NCBI GenBank assembly: GCA_010093705.1
Contig: MU006097.1
Span: 1,154,715-1,190,049 of the forward strand
Direction: 5' to 3'
Length of the DNA: 35,335 bases
Origin: Patellaria atrata CBS 101060
Lineage: Eukaryota
Positions 34,473-35,335 of this stretch are shown piece by piece (position 1 is the stretch's first letter; every line of letters begins with the position of its first letter). The notes beneath the pieces were generated by a model, which was given only the letters and a program-made list of their open reading frames with translations, was not told the origin of the DNA and ran no database searches. The position numbers and the translations under genes are program-made.

Positions 34473-35335
34473 ATGTCTCAACAATAACAAGATAATAAAG
34501 CTCAACAAGAAGGCCGAATAGAGCTTACACTTCAAGCCTATAAGGAAGGCCAATTTCGAAGCCTACGACGCGCCGCCGCCGCGTATAACGCGTGCCCATG
34601 AAAGCTTCAGCGAAGATACAACCAAACCCTCGCCCGAGCCAATTGCCAGCCTAATTACCAGAAGCTCACCGCGACCGAAGAGCAAACGATCGTCCGATAT
34701 ATTCTTAACCTCGATTCGCGAGGATTTGCGCCCCGGCTGTGTGAGGTAGCAGATATGGCAGATAAACTATTGGACGCGCGGGGTGGGGAGCGAGTAGGTA
34801 AGAACTGGCCTGAAAGATTTGTAACGCGTTCAGATGAGCTAAAGATGGCCTTCAATCGAGCAAAGGATCGTCAAAGAATACTCCAGGAAGATCCTAAGAC
34901 AATTGGCGCGTGGTTTGAGCTCGTTGGGGAGACAAAAGTCAAGTACGGCGTCCATGACGACGACGTCCACAATTTCGACGAGACTGGCTTCCAGATGGGT
35001 GTAATTGGGTCAATGAAAGTTGTTACAGGCGCAGAGAGGCGTACGAGGCCTAATCTTATCCAGCCAGGCGATCGGGAGTGGGTTACAGTCATCCAGAGCA
35101 TCTGCGCTGCAGGGTACGCGATCCCACCCTTCATCATCTACAAAGGCCGCGTCCACATCTCTACATGGTACGAGAAGACAGATATACCGCGCAACTGGAA
35201 GATCTCAGTCTCTGAGAACGGCTGGACAAATAACGCGCTTGGTCTTGAGTGGTTGAAGCACTTTGACGCGCATACAAAGGCGCGTACGGTAGGGGTATAC
35301 CGGCTGCTTATCCTCGACGGCCATGAGAGCCACCT
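34473..35335 (+). pseudogene. DDE_1 transposase with two premature stops (partial)
   Basis: ATG at 34473; stops TAA 34485-34487 and TGA 34599-34601. Motifs SLRRAAAAY (HTH), KLTATEEQTIV, VGKNWPERF, HNFDETGFQMG, QPGDREWVTVI, SENGWT and LLILDGHESH are present. Confidence 0.93.

Larger units (their letters stand above)
34359..35335 (+). mobile_element. Second Fot1/pogo-family DNA transposon (different family member), 5' part, truncated by the window end
   Basis: TA at 34357-34358 is followed by an ACGT terminus, sub-terminal 17-bp repeats and then a transposase frame. Confidence 0.93.

Overview
Eukaryotic, intron-rich DNA from a filamentous ascomycete (Pezizomycotina-type introns with GTRNGT donors, CTRAY branch sites and YAG acceptors, plus RIP-type damage in repeats). 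The left ~20 kb is housekeeping sequence: the 3' end of a HAD-IIA/CECR5-like hydrolase, UPF1/NAM7 head-to-head with IMP4, CDC14 head-to-head with a SET-domain methyltransferase, a FacB/Cat8-type Zn2Cys6 activator and a small uncharacterised protein. The right ~15 kb is repeat-invaded. It holds a nearly pure-AT block carrying a younger LTR with a 5-bp TSD, KTI12, a RIP-inactivated Fot1/pogo transposon nested in a short solo LTR, a 17-exon lactose/cellodextrin-permease-like sugar porter, and a second Fot1-like element running off the window. All multi-exon gene models were built by hand and give stop-free frames. The most unusual signals are: (1) the sugar porter can only keep its conserved NGYDGS motif through a GA-AG intron, alongside two GC-AG introns and several very weak donors; (2) an upstream ORF in frame with facB is separated from it only by a TAG-CTAG stop; (3) a dense run of hairpins follows the UPF1 stop codon; (4) two nested transposon insertions retain intact target-site duplications. 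No tRNA, rRNA or CRISPR array was found, and I cannot claim a proven new system from sequence alone.
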